A stretch of DNA of 61,825 bases, counting the filler, from Thermodesulfobacteriota bacterium (GTDB taxonomy: Bacteria > DASVDK01), in the NCBI GenBank assembly GCA_036381125.1. It is 8 parts of 8 records of this genome, joined end to end, with 100 filler letters (N's around TTAATTAATTAA, not from the genome) between each part and the next. Parts side by side here need not be neighbours in the genome. Positions count along the whole stretch, not along the records: positions 10,471 to 13,678 come from DASVDK010000250.1; positions 13,779 to 26,159 come from DASVDK010000251.1; 6 more parts are not named here. One strand, written 5' to 3'. Numbering within the stretch: position 1 is the first letter of the stretch; every line of letters begins with the position of its first letter. The translations under genes and the position numbers were made by a program. The notes under the pieces were generated by a model. It had not been told where the DNA came from, did not search any database, and saw only the letters and a program-made list of their open reading frames with translations. This document shows, in pieces, positions 10,471 through 20,653 of the stretch.

Positions 10471-11499
10471 CTCCGCCGTGCCGGGCCGGCACGGCAGGAG
10501 CCCGGCGAGGACGCGGGTCACGTCGTCCTCCGCCAGCGGCTCGCCGAGCGAGCGGCCGAGCTGCGCGAGGAGGCTCCGCACCGTCTCGGCGTCGGGCGCG
10601 ACCGACGCCGGAGCCGGCCCGTGCGGCCAGTAGCCGGTGCCGAGCGAGACGGCGCCGTCCCCCCAGGGGGCGAGGAAGTAGAGCCGGGTCCCGTCGCCCG
10701 GCAGCGCCACGGCCGTCTCGCCCGCCAGGCCCGGCCGGCGCAGGACGACGTTCATCGCGAGGGCGAGCGGCCCGGCGACCCGCACGCCGGCCCAGTCGGC
10801 CCACGGCCCCGCGGCGTTGACGACGACGCGAGCGCGCACGTCGAGGTCCCTCCCCGAGAGGCGGTCGCGCGCCGTCACGCCGGCCACCCGCCCCCGCGCA
10901 AGCCGCAGGCCGGTCGCCTCGACGCGGTTGGCCACGACGGCGCCCGCCTCGACGGCGCCGCGGACGACCGCGAGCGTCAGGCGGTCCGGGTCGAGCATGC
11001 GGGCGTCGTGGACGAGCGCGGCGCCTTCGACGTCGGGGGCAAGCCAGGGGGCGCGCCCCAGGGTCTCGGCGCGGCCGAGGAGGCGGCCCCGCGGGACGTG
11101 CCGGTCGGCGGCGACCCCCCGGTTGCGGTCGGCCGTGAGGAGGTCGTGGAGCGGCAACGCGGCGGCGAGCGCCGCCCGGCCGGGACGCCGTCGCCCGCCG
11201 AACGGCACGAGCACCGGCAGCGGCCGCACGAGGTGGGGCGCGATCGTGAGCCAGGCGCGACGCTCCGCCGCCATGAGGCGCAGGCGCGCCACGTCGGCGG
11301 CCTTGAGGTCGCGAAGGCCGCCGTGCACGATGCCGAGGCTGTTGCCGGAGGTCCCGGCGCCGAAGTCGTCCCGCTCGAGGAGCGAGACGGCAAGCCCGCG
11401 CAGGGCCGCGTCGCGCGCCACGGCGGCGCCGTGGATGCCGCCGCCCACGACCACGAGGTCGAACGGCCGGCCGTCGAGCGCCGAGAGGTCGCGGCGCAC
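10471..11499 (-). CDS. FAD-dependent glycerol-3-phosphate dehydrogenase/oxidase family (GlpD-like), 3' truncated
   Basis: FDLVVVGGGIHG; DAALRGLAVSLLERDDFGAGTSGNS..IVHGGLR; APHLVRPLP; VVNAAGPWAD. Confidence 0.87.
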
Positions 11500-11510
11500 C
11501 GGTCTGCCCC

Positions 11511-12506
11511 CTAGCGCTGCACCTCGCGGATCGCGTAGTCGCGGATGCGGCGCGAGTGCGTGAAGATGACGATCTCGCCGAGGAGGCCGATCGAGCCGAC
11601 CTGCACGCCGAGGACCATCAGGAGGACCCCCAGGATCAGCAGCGGCCGGTCGACCAGCGCGGCGTCGGCCGCGAACTTGTACACCGCCAGCGCCGCGCAG
11701 ACGAGGAAGCCGGCGCCGAAGAGCGCCGCGCCGATCAGGCCGAAGAAGCGCAGCGGCTTGCGGACGAACTTGACCAGGACGAGGAGCGTGACGAGGTCGA
11801 GGAGCCGGCGCAGGTAGACGCCCGGCTGCCTGAGCCTCGCCTTTCGGTCGGCCGCGTGCTGCGGCACGTCGACCTCGGCCACGTCGAAGCCGCGCTGGGA
11901 GGCGAGCAGCGGCAGGAAGCGGTGGAGATCGCCGTAGGGCCTCACCTCGAGGGCGACCTCCCGGCGGATCGCCCGCAGGCCGCAGCTCACGTCGCGCAGG
12001 GTCGCGCCGGTGGCGCGGCGCGTGATCGCGTGGAACGCCCGGCTCTGGAGGCGGTTCACCCAGGCGTCGGTGCGCGGCCAGCGGCGCGCGACGACGAGGT
12101 CGTGGCCGCGCGAGAGCGCCTCGAGTACCGTGTCGACGCCGCCGGGGTCGGTCTGGAAGTACGCCGGCACCGTCACCACCGCGGCCCCCCTCGCCTCGCG
12201 GAAGCCGATGCTCAGCGCCGCGGCCTCGCCGCACCGCCGCGGCAGCACCACGACGCGGACCGGCTCACCCGCGGCGACGAGCGCGCCGAGCGGCGCGGCG
12301 GCCGTCTCGAAGCCCTGGTCCACGACGAAGAGGAACTCGAACGGCTCGCCGCGGCGCGCGAGCACCTCGGCGTGCGCCCGGTAGACCTCGACGAGATCGT
12401 CGCACCGCTCGGCCACCGGCACGACGACGCTCACGGCGGGCGCCGCCGTGCGGACGGAGGGGTCGGGCGGCGGCAGGTCGACGGACAGGTGGATGGCCCG
12501 GCTCAT
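11511..12506 (-). CDS. GT2 ArnC/GtrB-like membrane glycosyltransferase, degenerate (DxD absent)
   Basis: VSVVVP, CG.AAAL..GF..ARG, DVSCGLRA, YGDLHRFLP, two C-terminal TM helices with GLLGEI; ATG at 12506 overlaps the upstream stop. Confidence 0.85.
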   Translation of the reverse strand: MSRAIHLSVDLPPPDPSVRTAAPAVSVVVPVAERCDDLVEVYRAHAEVLARRGEPFEFLFVVDQGFETAAAPLGALVAAGEPVRVVVLPRRCGEAAALSIGFREARGAAVVTVPAYFQTDPGGVDTVLEALSRGHDLVVARRWPRTDAWVNRLQSRAFHAITRRATGATLRDVSCGLRAIRREVALEVRPYGDLHRFLPLLASQRGFDVAEVDVPQHAADRKARLRQPGVYLRRLLDLVTLLVLVKFVRKPLRFFGLIGAALFGAGFLVCAALAVYKFAADAALVDRPLLILGVLLMVLGVQVGSIGLLGEIVIFTHSRRIRDYAIREVQR

Positions 12507-13465
12507 GGCACGCCTTTCGTGGCAATGGGGAGGCGGACGGTCCTCGGGCCGACGCCGGGCGCGACCGGGTCGGGCCGGAAGCTGCCGGTCTCGACCAGCA
12601 CCGTCCCCATGGCCCCCATGGCGAGGAGGTGCCCCGCGAGGCAGAACGCGAGGAACGCCAGCGAGGGGAGCACGATGCCCGAGTCGAGCGGCAGGAGCAG
12701 CGCCCCCACGCAGGCGAGGCCGGCGGCGGCCGCCGCGAGGCTCCAGAGGCCGAACCAGAGCCCGGGCCTCGCGGCGAAGCGGGTCAGCATCGCGACGAGG
12801 AAGAGGTCGAGGCAGACGCGCCACGCCCGGCCGATGCCGTACTTGCTGCGGCCGAAGCGGCGCGCGTGATGGCGCACCGGGACCTCCGCGATCCGCGCGC
12901 CGGCCAGCGTCGCCATGGCTGGGATGAAGCGGTGCATCTCGGCGTAGAGCGCCACCCGCTTGATGACCTCGGCGCGATAGGCCTTGAGGGAGCAGCCGTT
13001 GTCGTGCACCGACACCCCCGACAGCCGGGCGATGAGGCGGTTGGCGACGATCGAGGGGAGCCGTCGCGAGAGGAAGCGGTCCTGGCGGTTGCGGCGCCAC
13101 CCCTGCACCACGTCGTACCCCTCGTCGAGCTTCGCCACGAGCCGGGGGATGTCGGCGGGGTCGTTCTGCAGGTCGCCGTCGAGGCTCACGATGATCCGCC
13201 CCCGCGCGAGCCGGAAGCCGGCGGCCATGGCGGCCGTCTGCCCGAAGTTCCGGCGGAAGCGGACGACCACGACGGCCGGGTCCGCCGCCCGCAGGGCGGC
13301 CAGCCGCTCGGGCGTGCCGTCGCGGCTGCCGTCGTCGACGAAGAGGATCTCGAACGGCACCCCCATCGGCTCGAGCGCCTCGCGCAGGCGCCGGTGGAGC
13401 GGCCCGACGTTGTCCGCCTCGTCGAGGACCGGGATCACGACGGAGAGCGCCGGACGGTCTCGCAC
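12503..13465 (-). CDS. GT2 polyprenol-phosphate glycosyltransferase (ArnC/GtrB-like)
   Basis: LSVVIPV.DE; FVDDGSRDGT; RNFGQTAAMAAG; LDGDLQNDP; HDNGCSLKAYR; EMHRFIP; RRFGRSKYG. Confidence 0.93.
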   Translation of the reverse strand: MRDRPALSVVIPVLDEADNVGPLHRRLREALEPMGVPFEILFVDDGSRDGTPERLAALRAADPAVVVVRFRRNFGQTAAMAAGFRLARGRIIVSLDGDLQNDPADIPRLVAKLDEGYDVVQGWRRNRQDRFLSRRLPSIVANRLIARLSGVSVHDNGCSLKAYRAEVIKRVALYAEMHRFIPAMATLAGARIAEVPVRHHARRFGRSKYGIGRAWRVCLDLFLVAMLTRFAARPGLWFGLWSLAAAAAGLACVGALLLPLDSGIVLPSLAFLAFCLAGHLLAMGAMGTVLVETGSFRPDPVAPGVGPRTVRLPIATKGVP

Positions 13466-13473
13466 GGGTCCTC

Positions 13474-13678
13474 CTATCGCTCCGCCCGCAAGAGGAGCGC
13501 CGCCGCGGCCAGGGCCGCCGCGGCGGCCGCCGCCTGGAGCGGCGCCGGCACGCCGAGCCGGCCGGTGGCGTCGAGGCCGCCCATCCCGACCGGGACGAGC
13601 GCGACGAGCGCCGGCAGCCCCACGCGGCGCGACACGAGGCGCGCGAGGCCGGGCGTGGCGGCGACGAGCGCCGCCGCC
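13474..13678 (-). CDS. C-terminal fragment of a membrane protein (5' truncated)
   Basis: Hydrophobic open frame ending ...AAALAAALLLRAER-TAG, followed by the GGAGG RBS of the GT2 gene. Confidence 0.5.
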
Positions 13679-13778
13679 NNNNNNNNNNNNNNNNNNNNNN
13701 NNNNNNNNNNNNNNNNNNNNNNTTAATTAATTAANNNNNNNNNNNNNNNNNNNNNNNNNNNNNNNNNNNNNNNNNNNN

Positions 13779-15035
13779 CCGTCACGGCGACGACCCGCCT
13801 CGGCTCGAGCCGGCGCTCGGGCGCCTCGAGGCCGCGGCGCAGGACGCGCAGGGCCGGGATGCGGGCCAGCCGCAGGAGCGGCAGCCAGGCGAAGAGGACC
13901 GCCATCAGCACGCCGAGGAGCACCCCGCGCAGCAGCGCGGGGACCGAGACGGTGAACGGGATGGCGATCGGGAGAAACTCCGCGAGGAGCGAGGGGAGCG
14001 CGAGCTGCGCGAGGGTGCCGACGGCGGCGCCGACGAGACCGCCCGCGACGCCGAGGACGACGGCCTGCACGACGAACACCGCCACGATCTCGCGCCCCGT
14101 GGCGCCGAGGCAGCGCAGCACGGCGACGGCGTCGAGCTGCCGGCTCACGTGCGCCGCCACCTGACTGCCGACGCCGACGCCGGCCAGGACGACCGTCGCC
14201 AGCGACAGGAGCCCGAGGTAGTCGCCGAGCCGGTCGAGGAACCGGCGCAGGGCCGGCTGCGCCTCCTCGAAGGTCGCCACCCGCACCGCGGGGTCGGGGA
14301 TGTCGCGCGCCACGATCCGGGCGAGCCGCCGCACGTGGGCCGCGGTGCCGACCTCGCCCGGCAGCTTCACGAGGGTCCGGTAGCGGACGCGGCTGCCGGT
14401 CTGGACCAGCTCCGTGGCCGACAGCTCGGAGAGGGCGATGACCACCCTGGGACCGGCCGAGAAGGCGGCCACCGAGCGGTCCGGCTCGTCCACGATGACC
14501 CCGGCCACCGTGAAGCGCGCCCGGCCGAGCGTCAGGCTGTCGCCCACCCGCAGGCCGAGCTGCCCGAGGAGTTCGGGATGGACGACCGCCGCGGGCCCGG
14601 TCGCGAGCCGGTCGACGGCGTCGCGCGGCTCGGTGACGAGGCTGCCGTAGAAGGGGTAGCCGGGACCGATCGCCCTGAGCTCGACGAGCCGGGTCGCCGG
14701 GGGGGCCGCCGGGTCGGGCCGGTCCGCGGCCGACGCCATCGTGACCAGCTCGACGACCTGCACGGTCGCCGCGCCCGGCCCGATCGCGCGGCCGAGCGCC
14801 GCCTGCTCGTCCGGCTCGAGCGGCCGGCGGGCGGAGACCTCGAGATCGGCGGCGAGCAGCCGCCGCGCCTCGCTGCGGACGGCGCGGTCGAGCAGGGCGG
14901 AGAAGGACTCCACCGCGACGAGCGAGGCGACCCCCGCGGCGATGCAGGCGACGACGAAGAGGAGCCGCCGCCTGGCGCCGCGCAGGCTGCGCAGCGCCGT
15001 GACCGCGGCAAAGCGCCAGCGGCTCGCGGGGGCCC

Positions 15036-15039
<4 letters not shown>
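13779..15039 (-). CDS. YbbP/FtsX-like ABC permease, 3' truncated
   Basis: [44 protein letters not shown]; follows a YbbA-like ATPase. Confidence 0.88.
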
Positions 15040-15738
<699 letters not shown>

Positions 15739-15740
<2 letters not shown>

Positions 15741-16497
15741 GTCGTCGCTGTTCGTCCTCTCATACCGCCGGCGCCTCGCGTCCACCGTGACCCGGGCCGC
15801 CGTGGCGCTCGTCGCGCCGCTCCTGGCCGCCGCCTGCTCGCCGCCGAGTCAGCCCCCGGAGCCGCAGACCGCCGAGGCGGTCGCCGCCCCCTCGCCTCGG
15901 CCGGACCTCCCCGCCGTCGTCTTCCTCGGCGACAGTCTAACGGCCGGTTACGGGCTTGCCGAGGAGCAGGCCTTTCCCGCCCTCCTCGAGGCGCGCATGC
16001 GCGAGGAGGGGCTCGACCTGCCGGTGGTGAACGCCGGGGTGTCGGGCGACACCACCGCGGGCGGGCTCTCGCGGCTCGACTGGATCTTTCGCCAACGGGT
16101 CGGCGTCCTCGTCGTCGCCCTCGGGGCCAACGACGGCCTGCGGGGGGTGCCGGTGGCCGAGACCCGGCGCAACCTCGCACAGATCATCGAGCGAGGCAAG
16201 TCCGCAGGGGCCCGGGTGGTGCTCGCCGGGATGAAGCTCCCCGTCAACTACGGCCCGCAGTACCGAAGCGAGTTCGAGGCCATCTACCCCGAGCTGGCGC
16301 GCCAGTACGACGTGCCGCTCGTCCCCTTCCTGCTCGAGGGGGTGGGGGGCGTCGCCCGCCTCAACCAGGCGGACGGCATCCATCCCACGGCGGAGGGCCA
16401 GCGAATCATCGCCGACCACCTCTGGCCCGTGCTCGCCCCCGTGTTGCGAGAGACCGCAAAGCAGACCGAGGCCACCGGCCTCACGACCGTCCGCTGA
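15739..16497 (+). CDS. tesA: GDSL/SGNH arylesterase (TesA-like), probable lipoprotein; start may be GTG 15787
   Basis: FLGDSLTAGYG; NAGVSGDTT; LGANDGLRG; DGIHP; lipobox-like LLAAAC; divergent from ybbA/ybbP-like genes. Confidence 0.9.
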
Positions 16498-16500
16498 GAC

Positions 16501-16606
16501 GGGTCAGGCCGCGAGGCGATTCTCCGCCTCGGTGGAAAATGGAAAGGCCTGACCCCTTGGAAAACGGAAAGGCCTGACCCCCTGGAAAATGGAAAGGCCT
16601 GACCCC
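16501..16606. repeat. Three tandem 25-bp repeats (TGGAAAAYGGAAAGGCCTGACCCCY) plus one inverted half-copy; REP-like
   Basis: Units at 16533, 16558 and 16583; GGGTCAGGCC at 16501-16510 is the reverse complement of GGCCTGACCC; lies between convergent genes. Confidence 0.9.
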
Positions 16607-16614
16607 ACGCGAGG

Positions 16615-17814
16615 TCAGGTGGATACGCGGGCGAGGAGGCGTCGGGTGGCCTCCTCGAAGACCTCGGCCTCCGGGAGGAGGCTCACCACCAGGTACGCCT
16701 CGGAGGGGAAGTCGAAGAAGTAGCCGGGGTGGACGAGCACGTCGTCCCGGTCGAGGAGCGAGAGCGCGAGCGCCTCCTCGCCTTCCCCGCGGGGGACCTG
16801 CAGGATCGCGTACCACCCCCCCTCGGCCGGCAGGAGCCGGCAGGGCGAGCCTGGACCGAGCCGGGCGGCGAGCCGCGCGCGGTTCGTCGAGACGCGGTCG
16901 AGGATCGCCCCCCGGATCCGCGGCGCGAGGTCGAGGAGGGCCGGCAGCGCGGCCTGGACCGGCGTCGAGACCGAGAGGAACGTGTCCGCCACCAGGTCGA
17001 GCCGCTCGAGGGCCGCGGCCACACGCGCGGCGGGGCCCGAGGCGACGAGCCAGCCGAGCTTGAGCTGCGGCAGCCCGGCCACCTTCGAGAGGCCGTTCAG
17101 CGCGAAGGCGAGCGGCGCGTCGCCGGACGGAAGGTCCCGGAGCCCTCCCGCGACCGTCCCGGCCCGCTCCGGGTCGGGTCCGTACGCGAAGTCGGCGAAG
17201 ACCTCGTCCGTGATCAGGGCAAGGCCGCGCGACGCGCAGAGCGAGGCGATGGCGGCCGCCTCGCGCCGGGTCAGGAAGGAGCCGGTCGGGTTGTTGGGGC
17301 TCACCACCACCACGGCCCGCGCGCGCGCCTCGTCGCGCGCCGTCGCCGCCAGCGCGTCGAGGTCGATGCGCCACTCGTCCCCGTCGAAGCGGACCGGATA
17401 GGGGACCGTCCGCACGGGCGAGAGCGCGGCGAGGTGGTCGAGGAGCGGGTAGCTCGGCGCCGGGACGAGCAGGGTGTCGCCGGGGTCGCAGAGGACGGTG
17501 AAGAGGAACGAATAGGCCTCGCTCGTGCTGGCCGTGAGGACGACCCGCGCCGGGTCCACCGCGGCGCCCCGCGCGGCGTAGTAGCGGGCGACCGCCTCCC
17601 GCGCCGGCCGCGCGCCCCGCGGGTCGGGCGTGTAGACCAGCGCCTCGGGGCGGGCAAGCGCGGCGAGGATCGCCTCGCCGGGGTAGGGGAGCCCGCATCG
17701 CGTCGGGTTCGACGCGGTCAGGTCGAGCACGCGCGCCCCGGCCGCCCGCTTCGCCTCGAGGAGGCGGGCAAGCGCGTTCGGCGCGAGGGGGATGGCGGTG
17801 CGGCGCGAGAGCAC
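16615..17814 (-). CDS. PLP-dependent aminotransferase class I/II
   Basis: DLTASNPT; VVSPNNPTG; ITDEVFAD; NGLSKVAGLPQLKLGW; HPGYFFDF. Confidence 0.92.
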   Translation of the reverse strand: MLSRRTAIPLAPNALARLLEAKRAAGARVLDLTASNPTRCGLPYPGEAILAALARPEALVYTPDPRGARPAREAVARYYAARGAAVDPARVVLTASTSEAYSFLFTVLCDPGDTLLVPAPSYPLLDHLAALSPVRTVPYPVRFDGDEWRIDLDALAATARDEARARAVVVVSPNNPTGSFLTRREAAAIASLCASRGLALITDEVFADFAYGPDPERAGTVAGGLRDLPSGDAPLAFALNGLSKVAGLPQLKLGWLVASGPAARVAAALERLDLVADTFLSVSTPVQAALPALLDLAPRIRGAILDRVSTNRARLAARLGPGSPCRLLPAEGGWYAILQVPRGEGEEALALSLLDRDDVLVHPGYFFDFPSEAYLVVSLLPEAEVFEEATRRLLARVST

Positions 17815-17969
17815 GGGCAGAGTGTAGCGGCTCGGCCGGCGGGACGAGACGGCGGCCTGCTCGCGTGGACCCGCGACCGGCCGTGCTTGACCGGGCCGAT
17901 GGTTTGACGTATACCGCGGGGACCGGGCCGGACCCGGGTGCGGACCTGCTGGTCCGCCCAGGAGGGTAC

Positions 17970-18698
17970 ATGTCTAGCGAGTTCGGACGCGGACCGGGGA
18001 TGGGCGAGCAGGTCCTCCGGGCGCCGTACGTGGTCGAGGCGGCCCAGCGGGCGTTCCTCTGGCGCGTCTACCAGTGGATGGCCGTCGGGCTCGGCCTCAC
18101 CGGGCTGGTCGCCTACTGGGTGGCCGGGTCGGAGGCCGCGCTGCGCCTCGTCTACGGCACGCCGTTCGTGATGCTCGGCCTCTTCCTCGCCACGCTCGGC
18201 CTCGTCTTCTTCATCGGCCGGGCGGCTGCGAGCCTGTCGCCGGGCCAGACCGGGGCGCTCTTCGTCCTCTACGCCGGTCTCATGGGGGTGCTCCTCTCCT
18301 CCGTCTTCGTCCGCTACACGTCGGAGTCGATCGCCTCGACGTTCTTCGTCACGGCCGGCACCTTCGGGGTGACGAGCGTCTTCGGGTTCGTGACCAGGCG
18401 CGACCTCTCGGGGCTCGGCAGCTTCCTCTTCATGGGATTGGTCGGGCTCATCATCGCGAGCGTCGTGAACTGGTTCCTCATGAGCCCGATGATCACCTGG
18501 GTCACCACCTACATCGGCGTCGGCATCTTCGTCGGCCTGACGGCCTACGACACCCAGAAGCTCAAGACGATCGGCGCAACGGTCGACCCCGACGCGGCGG
18601 CGACGCAGTCCATCGCCATCCAGGGGGCGCTCGCGCTCTACCTCGACTTCGTCAACCTCTTCCTCTTCCTCCTCCGACTCTTCGGCAACCGCAGGTAG
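17970..18698 (+). CDS. Bax inhibitor-1/YccA family membrane protein
   Basis: Seven TM segments; TRRDLSGLGSFLFMGLVG; TAYDTQKLK; ALALYLDFVNLFLFLLRLFG; GGAGG RBS. Confidence 0.95.
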   Translation: MSSEFGRGPGMGEQVLRAPYVVEAAQRAFLWRVYQWMAVGLGLTGLVAYWVAGSEAALRLVYGTPFVMLGLFLATLGLVFFIGRAAASLSPGQTGALFVLYAGLMGVLLSSVFVRYTSESIASTFFVTAGTFGVTSVFGFVTRRDLSGLGSFLFMGLVGLIIASVVNWFLMSPMITWVTTYIGVGIFVGLTAYDTQKLKTIGATVDPDAAATQSIAIQGALALYLDFVNLFLFLLRLFGNRR

Positions 18699-18757
18699 AC
18701 GCCGTACGGGGCGGAGCGCCGCTCGCGCGCTCCGCCCCCGCGTGGCACACTCTCGTC

Positions 18758-19756
18758 ATGCGCGCGTGGGTCGTCGAGCGTACGGGGCCCATCGACGGGG
18801 GGGCGGTCGTGAGGCGGGTCGACCGCGACGTGCCGCGTCCGGCCCCCGGCGAGGCGCTCGTTCGGGTCCTCGCCTGCGGCGTCTGCCGGACCGACCTGCA
18901 CGCGGTCGAGGGCGACCTCGATCTGCCCGCGCTCCCGCTCGTCCCCGGCCACCAGGCGGTGGGGGAGGTCGTCGAGGCGCCGGCCGGCAGCGGGCTCGCC
19001 GCCGGCGACCGCGTCGGGATCCCGTGGCTGCGCTGGACGTGCGGCCGCTGCCGGTTCTGCCGCTCGGGCCGCGAGAACCTCTGCCCGGACGCCCGCTTCA
19101 CCGGCTTCCACGCGGACGGCGGCTACGCGGACTACGCCACCGTGCCGGCCGCCTTCGCGCTGCCGCTGCCGGCCGCCCTCGCCCCGGTCGATGCGGCCCC
19201 CCTGCTCTGCGCCGGCGTGATCGGCTTCCGGGCGCTCAGGCTCTCGGGGATCCGACCCGGCGGGCGGCTCGGCCTCTACGGCTTCGGCGCCGCCGCGCAC
19301 CTCGCCGTCCAGGTGGCGTCCCACTGGGGCTGCGAGACCTTCGTCTTCACGAGGTCGGGCGAGCACGCGGCCCTTGCCCGCTCCCTCGGGGCCGCCTGGG
19401 CGGGGCGGTCGGACGAGACGCCTCCCGCGCCGCTCGACGCCGCCGTCGTGTTCGCGCCGGCCGGCGCCGTCGTGCCGCACGCGCTGCGCGCGCTCGACCG
19501 CGGCGGCACCGTGGCCATCGCCGGCATCCACATGACGCCGATCCCGTCGCTCGACTACGACCGCGACCTCTTCCTCGAGCGCGTGCTCCGCAGCGTCACG
19601 GCCAACACGCGGGAGGACGCCCGCGAGTTCCTCCGCCTCGCGGCCGAGATCCCCGTGCGCACCGCCGTCGAGCGGGTCCCCTTCGACCGGGCCCGCGAGG
19701 CGCTCGTCCGCCTCGCGCGCGGCGAGGTGCAGGGGGCCGCCGTCCTGGAGATGTAG
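18758..19756 (+). CDS. Zinc-dependent alcohol dehydrogenase family protein
   Basis: CGVCRTDLH; PGHQAVG; CGRCRFC..GRENLC; APLLCAGVIGFRAL; GLYGFGAAAH. Confidence 0.94.
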   Translation: MRAWVVERTGPIDGGAVVRRVDRDVPRPAPGEALVRVLACGVCRTDLHAVEGDLDLPALPLVPGHQAVGEVVEAPAGSGLAAGDRVGIPWLRWTCGRCRFCRSGRENLCPDARFTGFHADGGYADYATVPAAFALPLPAALAPVDAAPLLCAGVIGFRALRLSGIRPGGRLGLYGFGAAAHLAVQVASHWGCETFVFTRSGEHAALARSLGAAWAGRSDETPPAPLDAAVVFAPAGAVVPHALRALDRGGTVAIAGIHMTPIPSLDYDRDLFLERVLRSVTANTREDAREFLRLAAEIPVRTAVERVPFDRAREALVRLARGEVQGAAVLEM

Positions 19757-19790
19757 CCGCCGGTCGGCGGCGGGCCGCCAGAACGCCGGT

Positions 19791-19858
19791 TTGACGAGCG
19801 TCCGCCCGGGCGATAGAGTTTTTCCACGTTGCAAGCGCATGTTTCGCATAGTGAAACA
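19791..19858 (+). promoter_or_regulatory. Sigma70-type promoter plus IclR-type palindromic operator
   Basis: TTGACG (19791-19796)-17 nt-TAGAGT (19814-19819); TGTTTCGCATAGTGAAACA (19840-19858). Confidence 0.72.
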
Positions 19859-20650
19859 AAGGCGCGGCGCGCCGCGTACGACGTGGCGGTGCTCGGCAAG
19901 GCCCTCGCCATCGTCGAGTCGCTCGTCGACGGCGCCACGCTCGGCGTGAGCGAGCTCAGCGATCGGACCGGCGCGAGCAAGGCGTCGGTGTTCCGCATCC
20001 TCGCCACGCTCGAGCGCCGCGGCTACGTCGCGAAGGATCCGGTGAGCCGCAAGTACCGGCCCGGACCGCGGCTGCTCGCCGTCGCGTGCGGGCTGGTCTC
20101 CGGGCACGACCTCGTGCAGGGGGCGAGGCCCGTGCTCGCGGCGCTCCACGCGGAGTTCGACGAGACGGTCAACCTCGGGATCCTCAGCGAGGGGCAGGTG
20201 CTGTACCTCGACATCCTCGAGAGGAGCCACGGACTTCGCATGGCCGCGCGCGTCGGCAGCCGCCACCCGCTGCACAGCACCGCACTCGGCAAGGCGATCC
20301 TCGCCTGGCTGCCGGCCGACGAGGCGAGGCGGCTCCTCCCGGAGGGGCGTTTCGAGCGACGGACCCCGCGCAGCGTCACCGCGTGGCCGTCGCTCGAGCG
20401 GCAGCTCGCCGCCTTCCGGAAGCAGGGGTACGCGGTGGACGACGAGGAGAACGAGGCCGGCGTGCGCTGCGTCGGCGCGCCGATCCTGGACGTTCGCGGT
20501 CGGCCGGTGGCGACCGTCAGCGTGGCGGGCCCCGCCTCGCGCCTGCGCGACGCGACGATCCGCCGGATCGGCCGGCGGCTGGTCGACGCGGCGTCGGAGA
20601 TCGCGGAGCGGATGGGCTACCGCGGCCGCGGCGGAGCCTCGGTCTCCTGA
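19829..20650 (+). CDS. IclR family transcriptional regulator (start uncertain)
   Basis: GVSELSDRTGASKASVFRILATL; ETVNLG; LHSTALGKAILA; GYAVDDEENEAGVRCVGAPI. Confidence 0.94.
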   Translation: MQAHVSHSETKARRAAYDVAVLGKALAIVESLVDGATLGVSELSDRTGASKASVFRILATLERRGYVAKDPVSRKYRPGPRLLAVACGLVSGHDLVQGARPVLAALHAEFDETVNLGILSEGQVLYLDILERSHGLRMAARVGSRHPLHSTALGKAILAWLPADEARRLLPEGRFERRTPRSVTAWPSLERQLAAFRKQGYAVDDEENEAGVRCVGAPILDVRGRPVATVSVAGPASRLRDATIRRIGRRLVDAASEIAERMGYRGRGGASVS

Positions 20651-20653
20651 GCG

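Noticed and set aside
16533..16606. 25-bp repeats as a CRISPR array
   Set aside because: Units are directly adjacent with no spacers and no cas genes are present
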